Shown one piece after another: positions 38,949 through 47,492 of a stretch of 64,000 bases of DNA. Numbering within the stretch: position 1 is the first letter of the stretch; each line of letters opens with the position of its first letter. The position numbers and the translations under genes were made by a program. The stretch covers positions 145,466-209,465 of the forward strand of contig CACMIP010000002.1 in the NCBI GenBank assembly GCA_902613795.1. The letters are read 5' to 3'. The notes under the pieces were generated by a model. It did no database searches. It was not told the DNA's origin and saw nothing but the letters and a program-made list of their open reading frames with translations. This DNA comes from an uncultured OCS116 cluster bacterium (GTDB taxonomy: Bacteria; Pseudomonadota; Alphaproteobacteria; Rhizobiales; TMED25).

Positions 38949-40176
38949 TCCAAAGTTTTCTATCTTGCTTTGTTAGTAATTCGTAGCCACTTTTTTTAAC
39001 GATAATTGTTTGCTCAATCTGTGTCCCACCAACACCAAATATTTGGCATGGGTTTTCAATACACAAAACAGTATTTTCGGGTAATGGTATATCAGTATCT
39101 TGAGGAAGATATAAACTATTTACCATTTTTTTATTCCCTAGAACGTATGGTAATTCTCTCATCTCAAGTCCAATAGCATGACCGGCAAAAGTTCCTGAAT
39201 GATCGTCTAAGCCTCCATCTTGTGTCCCCTTAAGCATTGCATTCTGTATTTCTGATGGTCTAACGCCCTCTTTTATTACAGACATAGCTGAGTTATACCC
39301 TCTCAGAGTGGCTTCCCATATCATATTCTGTTGCGCATTTGGTTGACCTATAACTCCTCCCCAACCTGTATCTGCTTGATAATTATTTAGAGATAGCCCA
39401 GCATCAAATTTCCACATTTCCCCTGGCTGTATTTTTTTTTCTGTAGGTGGGAATATCCCAACTGACCTTCTTCCTGAACCAAAATGAAACCACAACCATT
39501 TACCAAGCCCTTTTCCTACTTCCTGGGCATATATTTCTGCAATATCTAACTCTTTCATGCCAATCTTTATTTCATTACATGCCTTTGTACAGGCTGTTTC
39601 GTTCAGATCTGCCGCTGCTTTCATTGCACTAATTTCATCATCAGTCTTAACCATTCTTATTAGCCTCAATAAGTCAGAGGAGGGTATCAATTCACAGTTA
39701 TCCAACTCTTCTTGAAGTTTCAATGTGGATTTATGAGTCATTTTATCTTCATCAATAGCAATCCTGAGTTTCTTTGTTGTGTTATTTTTGATTGACGCGA
39801 TCAAAGCCTCAACAGCAGTTGGAAATCTTTTATCATCATTATTTTGTAAATTAAGGTATGTATTCTCTTCAGCTGACTCTATAACCTGCTCACTTTCTTG
39901 AATGAGAGCACTTTTTCCGCCGTAAGTATAAAAGTCATTTATCCACGTATTCGATGCAGATACATAAGTCATCTCTTGACTTGGCACAATCAAGCTTGAG
40001 TTAAGATTATTATCTCTGAAATAAGTTGCGAACATGTCAACAGAATAAGAATAAACCTTCGGCGCCCAGCTTACGGTATCACTGAGGTAGGTAACATTCT
40101 CAGGGGTCGAAGCAATTAATAGATCAATATCAAATTGATCCATTAATTTATCTGCTCTTTTTTTATTAAAATACAT
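38938..40176 (-). CDS. M24 family metallohydrolase (creatinase/prolidase fold)
   Basis: 412 aa. Retains FDAG...YQADTG, GHAIGLEMRE, CIENP and IEQT. It is a paralogue of 26133-27296 with the same two-domain layout. Confidence 0.75.
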   Translation of the reverse strand: MYFNKKRADKLMDQFDIDLLIASTPENVTYLSDTVSWAPKVYSYSVDMFATYFRDNNLNSSLIVPSQEMTYVSASNTWINDFYTYGGKSALIQESEQVIESAEENTYLNLQNNDDKRFPTAVEALIASIKNNTTKKLRIAIDEDKMTHKSTLKLQEELDNCELIPSSDLLRLIRMVKTDDEISAMKAAADLNETACTKACNEIKIGMKELDIAEIYAQEVGKGLGKWLWFHFGSGRRSVGIFPPTEKKIQPGEMWKFDAGLSLNNYQADTGWGGVIGQPNAQQNMIWEATLRGYNSAMSVIKEGVRPSEIQNAMLKGTQDGGLDDHSGTFAGHAIGLEMRELPYVLGNKKMVNSLYLPQDTDIPLPENTVLCIENPCQIFGVGGTQIEQTIIVKKSGYELLTKQDRKLWIIE

Positions 40177-40197
40177 ATAAATCAGGCGTAATCGATT

Positions 40198-41865
40198 TTA
40201 TTTTGACCAAGCAGTTGGCGCTAAAGCATTTACATCACCGTCAATCTCAACAATTGATGGTTTTTTAGATTTCATTGCCTCTTTCACTGCCTCTTTAATA
40301 TCGGCAGGATCTGTAACCCTTATCCCAAAAGCACCCATATTGTTAGCTAATTCGGCAAAGCTAACTTTGTTAAAATACCACATCTCTGTCCATCTATTTG
40401 ATGGCTTACCATCATAGGCATTCATAAAAATATCATACTCTTGATTTAGAGCATTATTATTATTTACAATTGTGATTGTTGGGATATCAGATCGAACTGC
40501 CGTTTCTAATTCGGTGAAATGATACCACAATCCACCATCACCTGTTAGACAAAAGACATTCTTATCCGGAAAAGCACACTTAGCCCCGATAGCTGCAGGA
40601 AACCCCCAGCCCAGCGAGCCAGCGCAACGAATAAAGTTCCATTTCTTATTCATCCACAAGTTCTGTACTGTCCACATTGCAGTGTGACCTGTATCTGATG
40701 CAACTATTGAGTCTTCTGGAATTACCTCAGAAAGCTCTTTCATAAGTCTTTCTGGCCTGATTGGTTTGCTGTCAGAATCTCTCAGTTTATTTAATTCGGC
40801 TTTCCACTCATTTACAATGTTTATTGATTTTTCTCTCCAGTCGTCAATCTTTAACTGAGTTAAATTCTCTTTCAAAATTTGCTGCAATGTAGTTTTAGCA
40901 TCACCTAGTAAACTAATTTCATTTGGATAGTTTCTACCTAAATCACTTGGGTCAATACCAATCTGAATAACTTTTGTCCCTATTTCGGGAATTTTCCAAA
41001 AATGGGTAACTTGACCACCTGTGCTAGATCCGATGAAGATAAATAGATCGGCTTCCGATAAAATTCTATTCGTGCATTCTCTTGAATATGTCCCAGGAAC
41101 TCCAATGTATAACTCGTAATCTTCGGGAATTAAATTATACGCCGCAACTGAAGTTGCGATTGGAATTCCTGTTTTTTTGGAAAATTCATGTGCTTCTTCT
41201 CCTGCATCCGATATTCTTGCCCCGCCACCTAAAATGATCACAGGTTTTTTTGCCTTTTCTATCACTCTGAGGGCTTGTTTGATTTCTTCAATTGGCGGAG
41301 AAAATCTATGTGAAGGTGTTTTTGTATATCGATCTTCAACAATTAGCTCTAACTCAGCATAGTCATCTTCTATTTGTCCATTATTACCTGCCATCTGCAG
41401 ATTCACAGGACCTGGATTTCCTGTTGTAGCTTCTCTGAATGCCTGGCGCATAAGATCAGGTAACCGCTCAACTTGATCAACCTGAAAATTTGCTTTTGTA
41501 AGCTTTTCAAATATTGGGTAATCATCATTCTCTTGATAAGCGCCTTTATGTTTTTCCATTGATTTCCTGCCGCCGGTTAAAGCAACTACAGGACTATTTC
41601 CAAGAAGTGCGTCTCTTAATCCAGCCGCTAAGTTTGCTGCACCGACTGCTTGAGCTGCGCAAACTCCAGGCTTTCCAGATGCTCTAGCATAACCGTCTGC
41701 CATATATGCGGCAGATTTTTCAGCGTGAGCCAAGACCCTTTTTATTTTCATATTATCCATCTCAGCCAATGGTCTGCTTAGTATGGTTGGTACATAAAAA
41801 ACAGCATCTACGCCAGATTTTTCAAGAAATTCTGCAATAAATCTACCACCTGTCATTTTTGGCAT
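40198..41865 (-). CDS. Thiamine diphosphate-dependent enzyme (acetolactate synthase/benzoylformate decarboxylase-like, specificity unknown)
   Basis: 555 aa with three-domain TPP-enzyme architecture. The N-terminal Pyr domain has HAEKSAAYMADGYARASG and the C-terminal domain has GSLGWGFPAAIGAK...TGDGGLWY...NNNN. Confidence 0.88.
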   Translation of the reverse strand: MPKMTGGRFIAEFLEKSGVDAVFYVPTILSRPLAEMDNMKIKRVLAHAEKSAAYMADGYARASGKPGVCAAQAVGAANLAAGLRDALLGNSPVVALTGGRKSMEKHKGAYQENDDYPIFEKLTKANFQVDQVERLPDLMRQAFREATTGNPGPVNLQMAGNNGQIEDDYAELELIVEDRYTKTPSHRFSPPIEEIKQALRVIEKAKKPVIILGGGARISDAGEEAHEFSKKTGIPIATSVAAYNLIPEDYELYIGVPGTYSRECTNRILSEADLFIFIGSSTGGQVTHFWKIPEIGTKVIQIGIDPSDLGRNYPNEISLLGDAKTTLQQILKENLTQLKIDDWREKSINIVNEWKAELNKLRDSDSKPIRPERLMKELSEVIPEDSIVASDTGHTAMWTVQNLWMNKKWNFIRCAGSLGWGFPAAIGAKCAFPDKNVFCLTGDGGLWYHFTELETAVRSDIPTITIVNNNNALNQEYDIFMNAYDGKPSNRWTEMWYFNKVSFAELANNMGAFGIRVTDPADIKEAVKEAMKSKKPSIVEIDGDVNALAPTAWSK

Positions 41866-41989
41866 TTCAATTCCCCTGACTTTAAGTTGTTTGTATATTG
41901 TGATATATTATAGTAAATACACTATTTTGTAATAATTAAAAAAATTGTGAAATACTCTATCAACATATTAACCACTGAAAGTCGTGTGA

Positions 41990-43186
41990 ATGAAAACTGA
42001 TGCTTTAACTGGGCTGAAGGTAGTTGAGTGCGCAACGGTCATTGCAGCTCCATTATGTGGCAGATTATTAGCTGACTTTGGCGCAGAGGTTTTACATATT
42101 GAAACTCCTATAAAGGGAGATCATCTGCGGAATTTTGGATTTGAAATAGATGGTATAAACCCATGGTGGAAAACTTACGCAAGGAATAAAAAGCTAATAA
42201 CTTTGAATATATCGAAAGAGAAAGGCAGAAATATTTTATTTAAGCTATTAGAAGATGCTGATGTGTTTATAGAGAATTTTAGACCAGGTAGACTAGACGA
42301 TTGGGGTATTGATATTGCAGAGCTTCAAAAAAAATATCCAAGATTAGTAATTGTGAGAGTAAGCGGGTATGGACAGAGTGGTCCCTATGCCAATCAGCCG
42401 GGATTTGGAACATTAATGGAAGCCATGAGTGGTTTTGCCGAAATGACTGGAGAAAAGGATGGCGTGCCAACATTACCTCAATTTGCTTTAGCTGATACCC
42501 TCGCCGGATTTTATTCTGCATTATCTGCAATGTTTGCAATTTATAATCGAGATGTGAATGCTTCAAAAAAAGGTCAAGTCATAGATGTCAGCATCTGGGA
42601 AAGTCTATTCTCTATTCTTGGTCCAAATGCAATGGTTTTTGATTTGACGGGTGAGATTCCATCTAGAATGGGTAATACTGCACCAACGAGTGCGCCTCGA
42701 AATACATATAAAACAAAAGATGGTAAATGGGTGGCGCTTGCCGGGGCAACACAAACAACTGCTGAGAGACTTTTTAAGGTTATAGGTAGACCTGAATTGA
42801 TAAAAAATCCAAAATTTTCAAATAACGCGTATCGTATAGTGCATGTTAAAGAGCTGGATCGATATATATCTGATTGGATGTCCGAGCATAGCCTCGAAGA
42901 GGTATCCGAATTACTTCATAAAGAGTCCGTACCGATGGGCCCTGTCTATAATATCCAAGATATAATGGAAAATATCCACGCACAATTCCGGGAAATGGTG
43001 ACAACTGTTGTTGATAATGGTAAGAAAATTAAGACAGAAAATATTTTTCCAAAATTTTCAAGAACGCCTGGAAATATAAAATTTCTCGGAAAAGAGATAG
43101 GGGCAGATAATGATGAAATATTTAAGCAACGATTAGGTATGAAAATTGAGGAAATTAAAAAATTAAAAAAAGAAGGTATAATTTAA
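41990..43186 (+). CDS. Family III CoA-transferase (CaiB/BaiF/Frc family)
   Basis: 398 aa. Contains LTGLKVVECATVIAAPLCGRLLADFGAEVLHIETP and the catalytic Asp context FALADTLAG. Confidence 0.88.
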   Translation: MKTDALTGLKVVECATVIAAPLCGRLLADFGAEVLHIETPIKGDHLRNFGFEIDGINPWWKTYARNKKLITLNISKEKGRNILFKLLEDADVFIENFRPGRLDDWGIDIAELQKKYPRLVIVRVSGYGQSGPYANQPGFGTLMEAMSGFAEMTGEKDGVPTLPQFALADTLAGFYSALSAMFAIYNRDVNASKKGQVIDVSIWESLFSILGPNAMVFDLTGEIPSRMGNTAPTSAPRNTYKTKDGKWVALAGATQTTAERLFKVIGRPELIKNPKFSNNAYRIVHVKELDRYISDWMSEHSLEEVSELLHKESVPMGPVYNIQDIMENIHAQFREMVTTVVDNGKKIKTENIFPKFSRTPGNIKFLGKEIGADNDEIFKQRLGMKIEEIKKLKKEGII

Positions 43187-43201
43187 ATATGAGGATAAAA
43201 A

Positions 43202-44059
43202 ATGAATAATAAGCCATTAATAACGCTATATACCCCCGGTAATAAACCGGAATTAATTGAAAAGGCATCTCGTTTTGAGCCTGACGGGATAATAATCGAT
43301 TTTGAGGATGCTGTTCCTTTGAATCTGAAAAGTGAAGTCAGAGATAATATTTCAAAAAATATTATTCCAAAACTTGATATAACAGCTTTAGTGAGGGTTA
43401 ATAGCGAAAAAGAATTTCTTGAAAATGACCTGAGGGCTGTAACACAAAAGAATATTTACGGCATTGCCTTGCCTATGGCTGAGTCAGTTGATCAGGTAAA
43501 ATTTGTAGATAAAGTCATTTCAGATGAAGAAAAAAAGAAAGGTCTGGAGAAAAATTCTATTAAACTCTTTTTATTAATTGAAACAGCGCTTGGGGTCATT
43601 AAATGTTTTGATATATGTTCAGCAGCGGAACGAGTAGAGTCAATCGTCTTTGGTAGTGCAGAGGACGGCGACCTTCAACGAGATTTAAGATCCGACTGGT
43701 CAATTGACGGGTTTGAATTAAATTATTCACGATCAAGATCTCTTGTCGAGGCAAGGGCTGCGAAAATGCCTTATGTACTAGACGGAGCTTATGGTGGTAT
43801 TGCAGATCTCGAGGGACTCAAGGCTGAATGTGAACTGAGCAAGCGAATCGGTTATGATGGGCGAACGTTAATACACCCAAGTCACATTAAAATTGCAAGA
43901 GAGGCATATGAGCCAGATCCAAAAGAGATTGAATATTATACAAAAATGGTCGAGGTCTTTGAAGAGGCAGAGAAAAATGGACTCGCTGCAATTACCTTCG
44001 AGAACAAGATGGTTGATTATGCGATGTACAAAAAAGCAAAAGTATTCTTAGACAGATAA
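43202..44059 (+). CDS. HpcH/HpaI-CitE family acyl-CoA lyase (citrate lyase beta / malyl-CoA / citramalyl-CoA lyase-like)
   Basis: 285 aa. Contains LYTPGNKPELIEKA...DGIIIDFEDAV and the later ETALGV and HPSHI blocks. Confidence 0.85.
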   Translation: MNNKPLITLYTPGNKPELIEKASRFEPDGIIIDFEDAVPLNLKSEVRDNISKNIIPKLDITALVRVNSEKEFLENDLRAVTQKNIYGIALPMAESVDQVKFVDKVISDEEKKKGLEKNSIKLFLLIETALGVIKCFDICSAAERVESIVFGSAEDGDLQRDLRSDWSIDGFELNYSRSRSLVEARAAKMPYVLDGAYGGIADLEGLKAECELSKRIGYDGRTLIHPSHIKIAREAYEPDPKEIEYYTKMVEVFEEAEKNGLAAITFENKMVDYAMYKKAKVFLDR

Positions 44060-44066
44060 GATAAAA

Positions 44067-44094
44067 AAACCCAACCTATTTTAGGTTGGGTTTT
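44067..44094. terminator. Bidirectional rho-independent terminator
   Basis: AAACCCAACCTA-TT-TAGGTTGGGTTT is a near-perfect 12-bp stem flanked by an A-run and a T-run. It lies between convergent genes. Confidence 0.65.
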
Positions 44095-44115
44095 AATGTT
44101 CAAAGATTTAATAGA

Positions 44116-44988
44116 TTACGCAGAAAAATCCCCATTCTCTGCAAGCCATTTTCTTTTTCTCTTGGATCCAACCTCTTCCATTCTTGAGTGTCTTCTCCAG
44201 TATAGCACTTTATAGTCCATATATTCCATAAGTGTGAATAGACTTAGCCCCATAAGAGACATTACTATTAGTGCAGCGAAACTTCCATCCATGTTTAATC
44301 TGAACGCAAATCTTTGCATAAGAATTCCCACACCCTCTGATGCAGAGAAGAATTGCGCAACGATTGTGCCAATTAGCGCGCCAGTCATGGCGAGTTTTAA
44401 TCCAGCTATTATGATTGGTAGTGCGCTTGGTATTTGACACTTCCAGAAGAACTGTTTCTTGGTCGAGCCAAGTGATCTAAATAATTCTGTTGCATCCTTA
44501 TCAATGTGTAATAGACCCGTTAAGGTGTTGATGAAAGGCGGGAAAAAGCATACAAGTGCAGCTAGTGCGATCTTTGAGCTCCACCCAAATCCAAACCAAG
44601 CAATAATGAAAGGTGTTACTGCGATCCCTGGTGTAACATTAAACACGACTGCGTATGGTGCCCAGTATCTTCGAAAGACAGGGCTAATTGCAGCAGTAAT
44701 TGCTAAACCCATCCCGATACTCACACCAATAATGAAGCCCATTGTTGCTTCATACATTGTGATGATGTAGTGCCAGTAAATTGACCCTGTAACAAAAAAC
44801 ATCTCATATAATCTATATGCGATAGATGTTGGGGCAGGTAGGATTAATTCGTTAACGTAACCCAGTCTTGCACCAACTTCCCATCCACCAAATATAATAA
44901 GGAAGACGAGTCCATGCATAGCAAGTTTTTGTATAGGAGAAAGTTCCTTTACTCCGGCTAATACGCCGTCTGAACCAATATCACTCAT
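44116..44988 (-). CDS. ABC transporter permease, NitT/TauT (SsuC/TauC-like) family
   Basis: 290 aa, about 6 TM segments, with the binding-protein-dependent inner-membrane component pattern (EAA-like FRSLGSTKKQFFWKCQIPSALP). Confidence 0.85.
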   Translation of the reverse strand: MSDIGSDGVLAGVKELSPIQKLAMHGLVFLIIFGGWEVGARLGYVNELILPAPTSIAYRLYEMFFVTGSIYWHYIITMYEATMGFIIGVSIGMGLAITAAISPVFRRYWAPYAVVFNVTPGIAVTPFIIAWFGFGWSSKIALAALVCFFPPFINTLTGLLHIDKDATELFRSLGSTKKQFFWKCQIPSALPIIIAGLKLAMTGALIGTIVAQFFSASEGVGILMQRFAFRLNMDGSFAALIVMSLMGLSLFTLMEYMDYKVLYWRRHSRMEEVGSKRKRKWLAENGDFSA

Positions 44989-45860
44989 AGTCCTAGCTCC
45001 CCTCTAATTTTAGTTTCTTTTTTTACGCTTTTCTTGGCCATTAGATCATCGCTTAACCAATATAAAACCCTCTTGTCAATAATTTCCATTATTCTGAATA
45101 GTATGAAGCCATAAAGAGTAATTGATAATAGTCCTGCAAATGCAGACGGCATATTTAGCGACATTGTATAACGTGCCATGAGAATACCCATGCCGGCTTG
45201 TGCTGAAATAAACTCAGCAACTAATGCACCGCCAAAAGCTGATCCAACGGCTAGCTTAAGCCCAGCATTCATGGTAGGTAGGGCAGTCGGTATCATAAGT
45301 TTCCAAAACACCTGTCTTCGTGTTGCGCCAAGGGATCTGAAAAGTTCATATGACTCCTCTTCAACTCCAAGCAGTCCTGTTATGGTATTAACAAAAGGCG
45401 CAAAGAAGCAAACTAATGCAGCGAGAGCAACTTTTGAGCTCATCCCAAAACCGAACCATGTAACGAAGATAGGACCTAGGGCAATCCTAGGTGTAGCTTC
45501 AACGATAATAATATATGGCTTTAAGAATTGCCTAAAAGTATCACTTAATACAGCTGCGACGGCTAGCCCAATACCAATAACACAACCAATAAAGCACCCA
45601 ACCATCGCCTCTTTGAAAGTTACCCACAAATGGTACCATACGTTACCTTGCGTAACATAAATTTTCCAGATAGATGCTACGATGTCTGTAGGTCTCGGCA
45701 GCAGTAGTGGATTACTAAAGCCTGTCCTATTTGCCATTTCCCATATGAACATGATCACAAAGAAAATAATGGTGTGCCTCAGTACGGCACCACCAAGTGT
45801 CCCTTTGTAATCTGCCGCTAGCTCAATATTACTAACGCTTGCTTCTTGATCATTACTCAT
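44985..45860 (-). CDS. ABC transporter permease, NitT/TauT family (second, distinct permease)
   Basis: 291 aa and a paralogue of 44116-44988 (FRSLGATRRQVFWKLMIPTALP). There are 4-nt overlaps with both neighbours. Confidence 0.85.
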   Translation of the reverse strand: MSNDQEASVSNIELAADYKGTLGGAVLRHTIIFFVIMFIWEMANRTGFSNPLLLPRPTDIVASIWKIYVTQGNVWYHLWVTFKEAMVGCFIGCVIGIGLAVAAVLSDTFRQFLKPYIIIVEATPRIALGPIFVTWFGFGMSSKVALAALVCFFAPFVNTITGLLGVEEESYELFRSLGATRRQVFWKLMIPTALPTMNAGLKLAVGSAFGGALVAEFISAQAGMGILMARYTMSLNMPSAFAGLLSITLYGFILFRIMEIIDKRVLYWLSDDLMAKKSVKKETKIRGELGL

Positions 45861-46630
45861 AGCGGTTGACCATCTAAGTGACCGGCTAGTACATCTCTAA
45901 CTTGCTGGACATAGTTATTAAATTCCGGTGTTGTTGTCATATCAATATTTCTCGGTGTTGGAAGGTCAATTTCGATTTGCGCCGCAATTCTACCTGGTCT
46001 TGGTGTCATAACAAATACCTGGTCTGCGAGATATATAGCTTCTTGAATATTATGTGTCACAAAAATTGTTGTAATGTCTGGACCCTCAACAATTCTTAGA
46101 AGCTCATCATTGAGCCTTTCACGTGTAAATTCGTCAAGTGCACCAAATGGTTCGTCAAGTAGCATGATATCAGCACCTGTCTGCAACAATCTTGCTAGAG
46201 CAACACGTTGCTGCATACCCCCTGATAATTGTCTTGGGAATGAGAACTCAAAGTCTTTAAGACCAACTAATTGCAGGTGGTCCCATGCTCGCTTTTTTGC
46301 ATCTGTGTCGATGGTTCCTCTGATTTCATCAGGCAATAAAACATTTTCGATTGAAGTACGCCAGTCAAGAAGCACAGCTTTTTGGAACATCATTCCAATA
46401 TCACTTCTTGGTCCAACTACTTCTGCGTTTCTTACTAAAAGGTCTCCGCCAGATTTTTCAATCAGACCTGATATTAATCTTAATAATGTGGATTTACCAC
46501 AACCACTTGGTCCCACCAGTGAAATAAATGAACCACGTGGAATTGTGAAGTTTGCATCCTCGACAGCAATTACATTTTCACCGAATTGCTTTCCAAGAGC
46601 GCTTCCCTGAATGACTAGTTCTTCAGCCAT
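45857..46630 (-). CDS. ABC transporter ATP-binding protein, NitT/TauT family
   Basis: 257 aa. Walker A GPSGCGKSTLLRLISGL, signature LSGGMQQRVALARLL, Walker B MLLDEP. A GGAGG SD lies 9 nt upstream. Confidence 0.9.
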   Translation of the reverse strand: MAEELVIQGSALGKQFGENVIAVEDANFTIPRGSFISLVGPSGCGKSTLLRLISGLIEKSGGDLLVRNAEVVGPRSDIGMMFQKAVLLDWRTSIENVLLPDEIRGTIDTDAKKRAWDHLQLVGLKDFEFSFPRQLSGGMQQRVALARLLQTGADIMLLDEPFGALDEFTRERLNDELLRIVEGPDITTIFVTHNIQEAIYLADQVFVMTPRPGRIAAQIEIDLPTPRNIDMTTTPEFNNYVQQVRDVLAGHLDGQPL

Positions 46631-46922
46631 ATTTTATTACCTCCCGTTAGATTATGCAGATTTTGCATAAAGATTGACAACTTATTTTTTTAACAAATTT
46701 GTTAAAATAACTTTTTACCAATATTTTAGATAAAGTTAAAGGAAAAAAAGAATTTAATACGAAAAAATTTGTAAATATTTTATTGTTTTGTGAGGTTACC
46801 AAAAAAAAACATGTAGAATGTGTATAACTATGGTTCATTGATAACAACACAAGATGCTTTAACCAGTCTAATGATGACGAATTACATCTTGATGTTTAAA
46901 CAGAACAAATAAGGAGTGGTAT

Positions 46923-47492
46923 ATGAGGTTAAAAAATTTAGATTATTCAGACATGAATCAAGAGCAGAAAAAAATATATGATGATATCGCATCAGGTCCA
47001 AGAGGTAGTGTAAGGGGTCCTTTAGCTGTATGGATGCATCGTGCAGGATTAGCAGATAAAGCTCAATCATTGGGTGCCTATTGTAGATACTCATCCTCTC
47101 TCGAGCCACTCTTATCTGAATTTGCTATCTGTTTAATTGCACGCATTTGGGCGTCTGGGTATGAGTGGAAAGTTCACAGCAAAATTGCAATTGATGCAGG
47201 GGTAAATAAAAATACGATAGAGTCCATTTCACTTGGCAAGAAGCCGAGCCAGATGAGTGAAGAACAGCATGCCATTTATGAATTCACCATGAGCCTAAAT
47301 AAGGATAAGAGAATTAGTGATGAATTGTACAACAAAACATATGAAATTCTTGGGAAAGATAGACTTGTCGATCTTGTTGGCATTCTGGGTTATTACACAT
47401 TGATTTCGATGACGATAAATGTATTTGGTGTTCAGCATTCTGAAATGGACTCGCCATACATGGATGAACTGGAGTCCGAAATTGAAATATAG
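46923..47492 (+). CDS. Carboxymuconolactone decarboxylase (AhpD-like) family protein
   Basis: 189 aa all-helical protein with the CMD-family pattern ...EFAICLIARIWASGYEWKVHSKIA.... An AAGGAG SD lies upstream. Confidence 0.7.
   Translation: MRLKNLDYSDMNQEQKKIYDDIASGPRGSVRGPLAVWMHRAGLADKAQSLGAYCRYSSSLEPLLSEFAICLIARIWASGYEWKVHSKIAIDAGVNKNTIESISLGKKPSQMSEEQHAIYEFTMSLNKDKRISDELYNKTYEILGKDRLVDLVGILGYYTLISMTINVFGVQHSEMDSPYMDELESEIEI

Noticed and set aside
40198-43186. Reading the TPP enzyme and family III CoA-transferase as the oxalate module oxc/frc
   Set aside because: The TPP enzyme does not resemble oxalyl-CoA decarboxylase closely as I recall that sequence. The transferase is shorter than Frc, and it is coupled to a CitE-type lyase instead. 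The analogy is kept only as mechanistic context.
45178-46610. Long plus-strand ORFs (160 and 178 aa) inside the NitT/TauT permease and ATPase genes
   Set aside because: They mirror the frames of well-supported ABC genes that carry Walker motifs on the other strand. The Ser/Pro/Ala-rich translations are typical of antisense frames.
46647-47109. Minus-strand ORFs 46647-46850 (67 aa) and 46882-47109 (75 aa) in or near the long intergenic region
   Set aside because: Their composition is extremely AT-driven (Phe/Asn/Lys/Ile-rich) and there is no SD. The second overlaps the well-supported CMD-family gene. Both are more likely non-coding.
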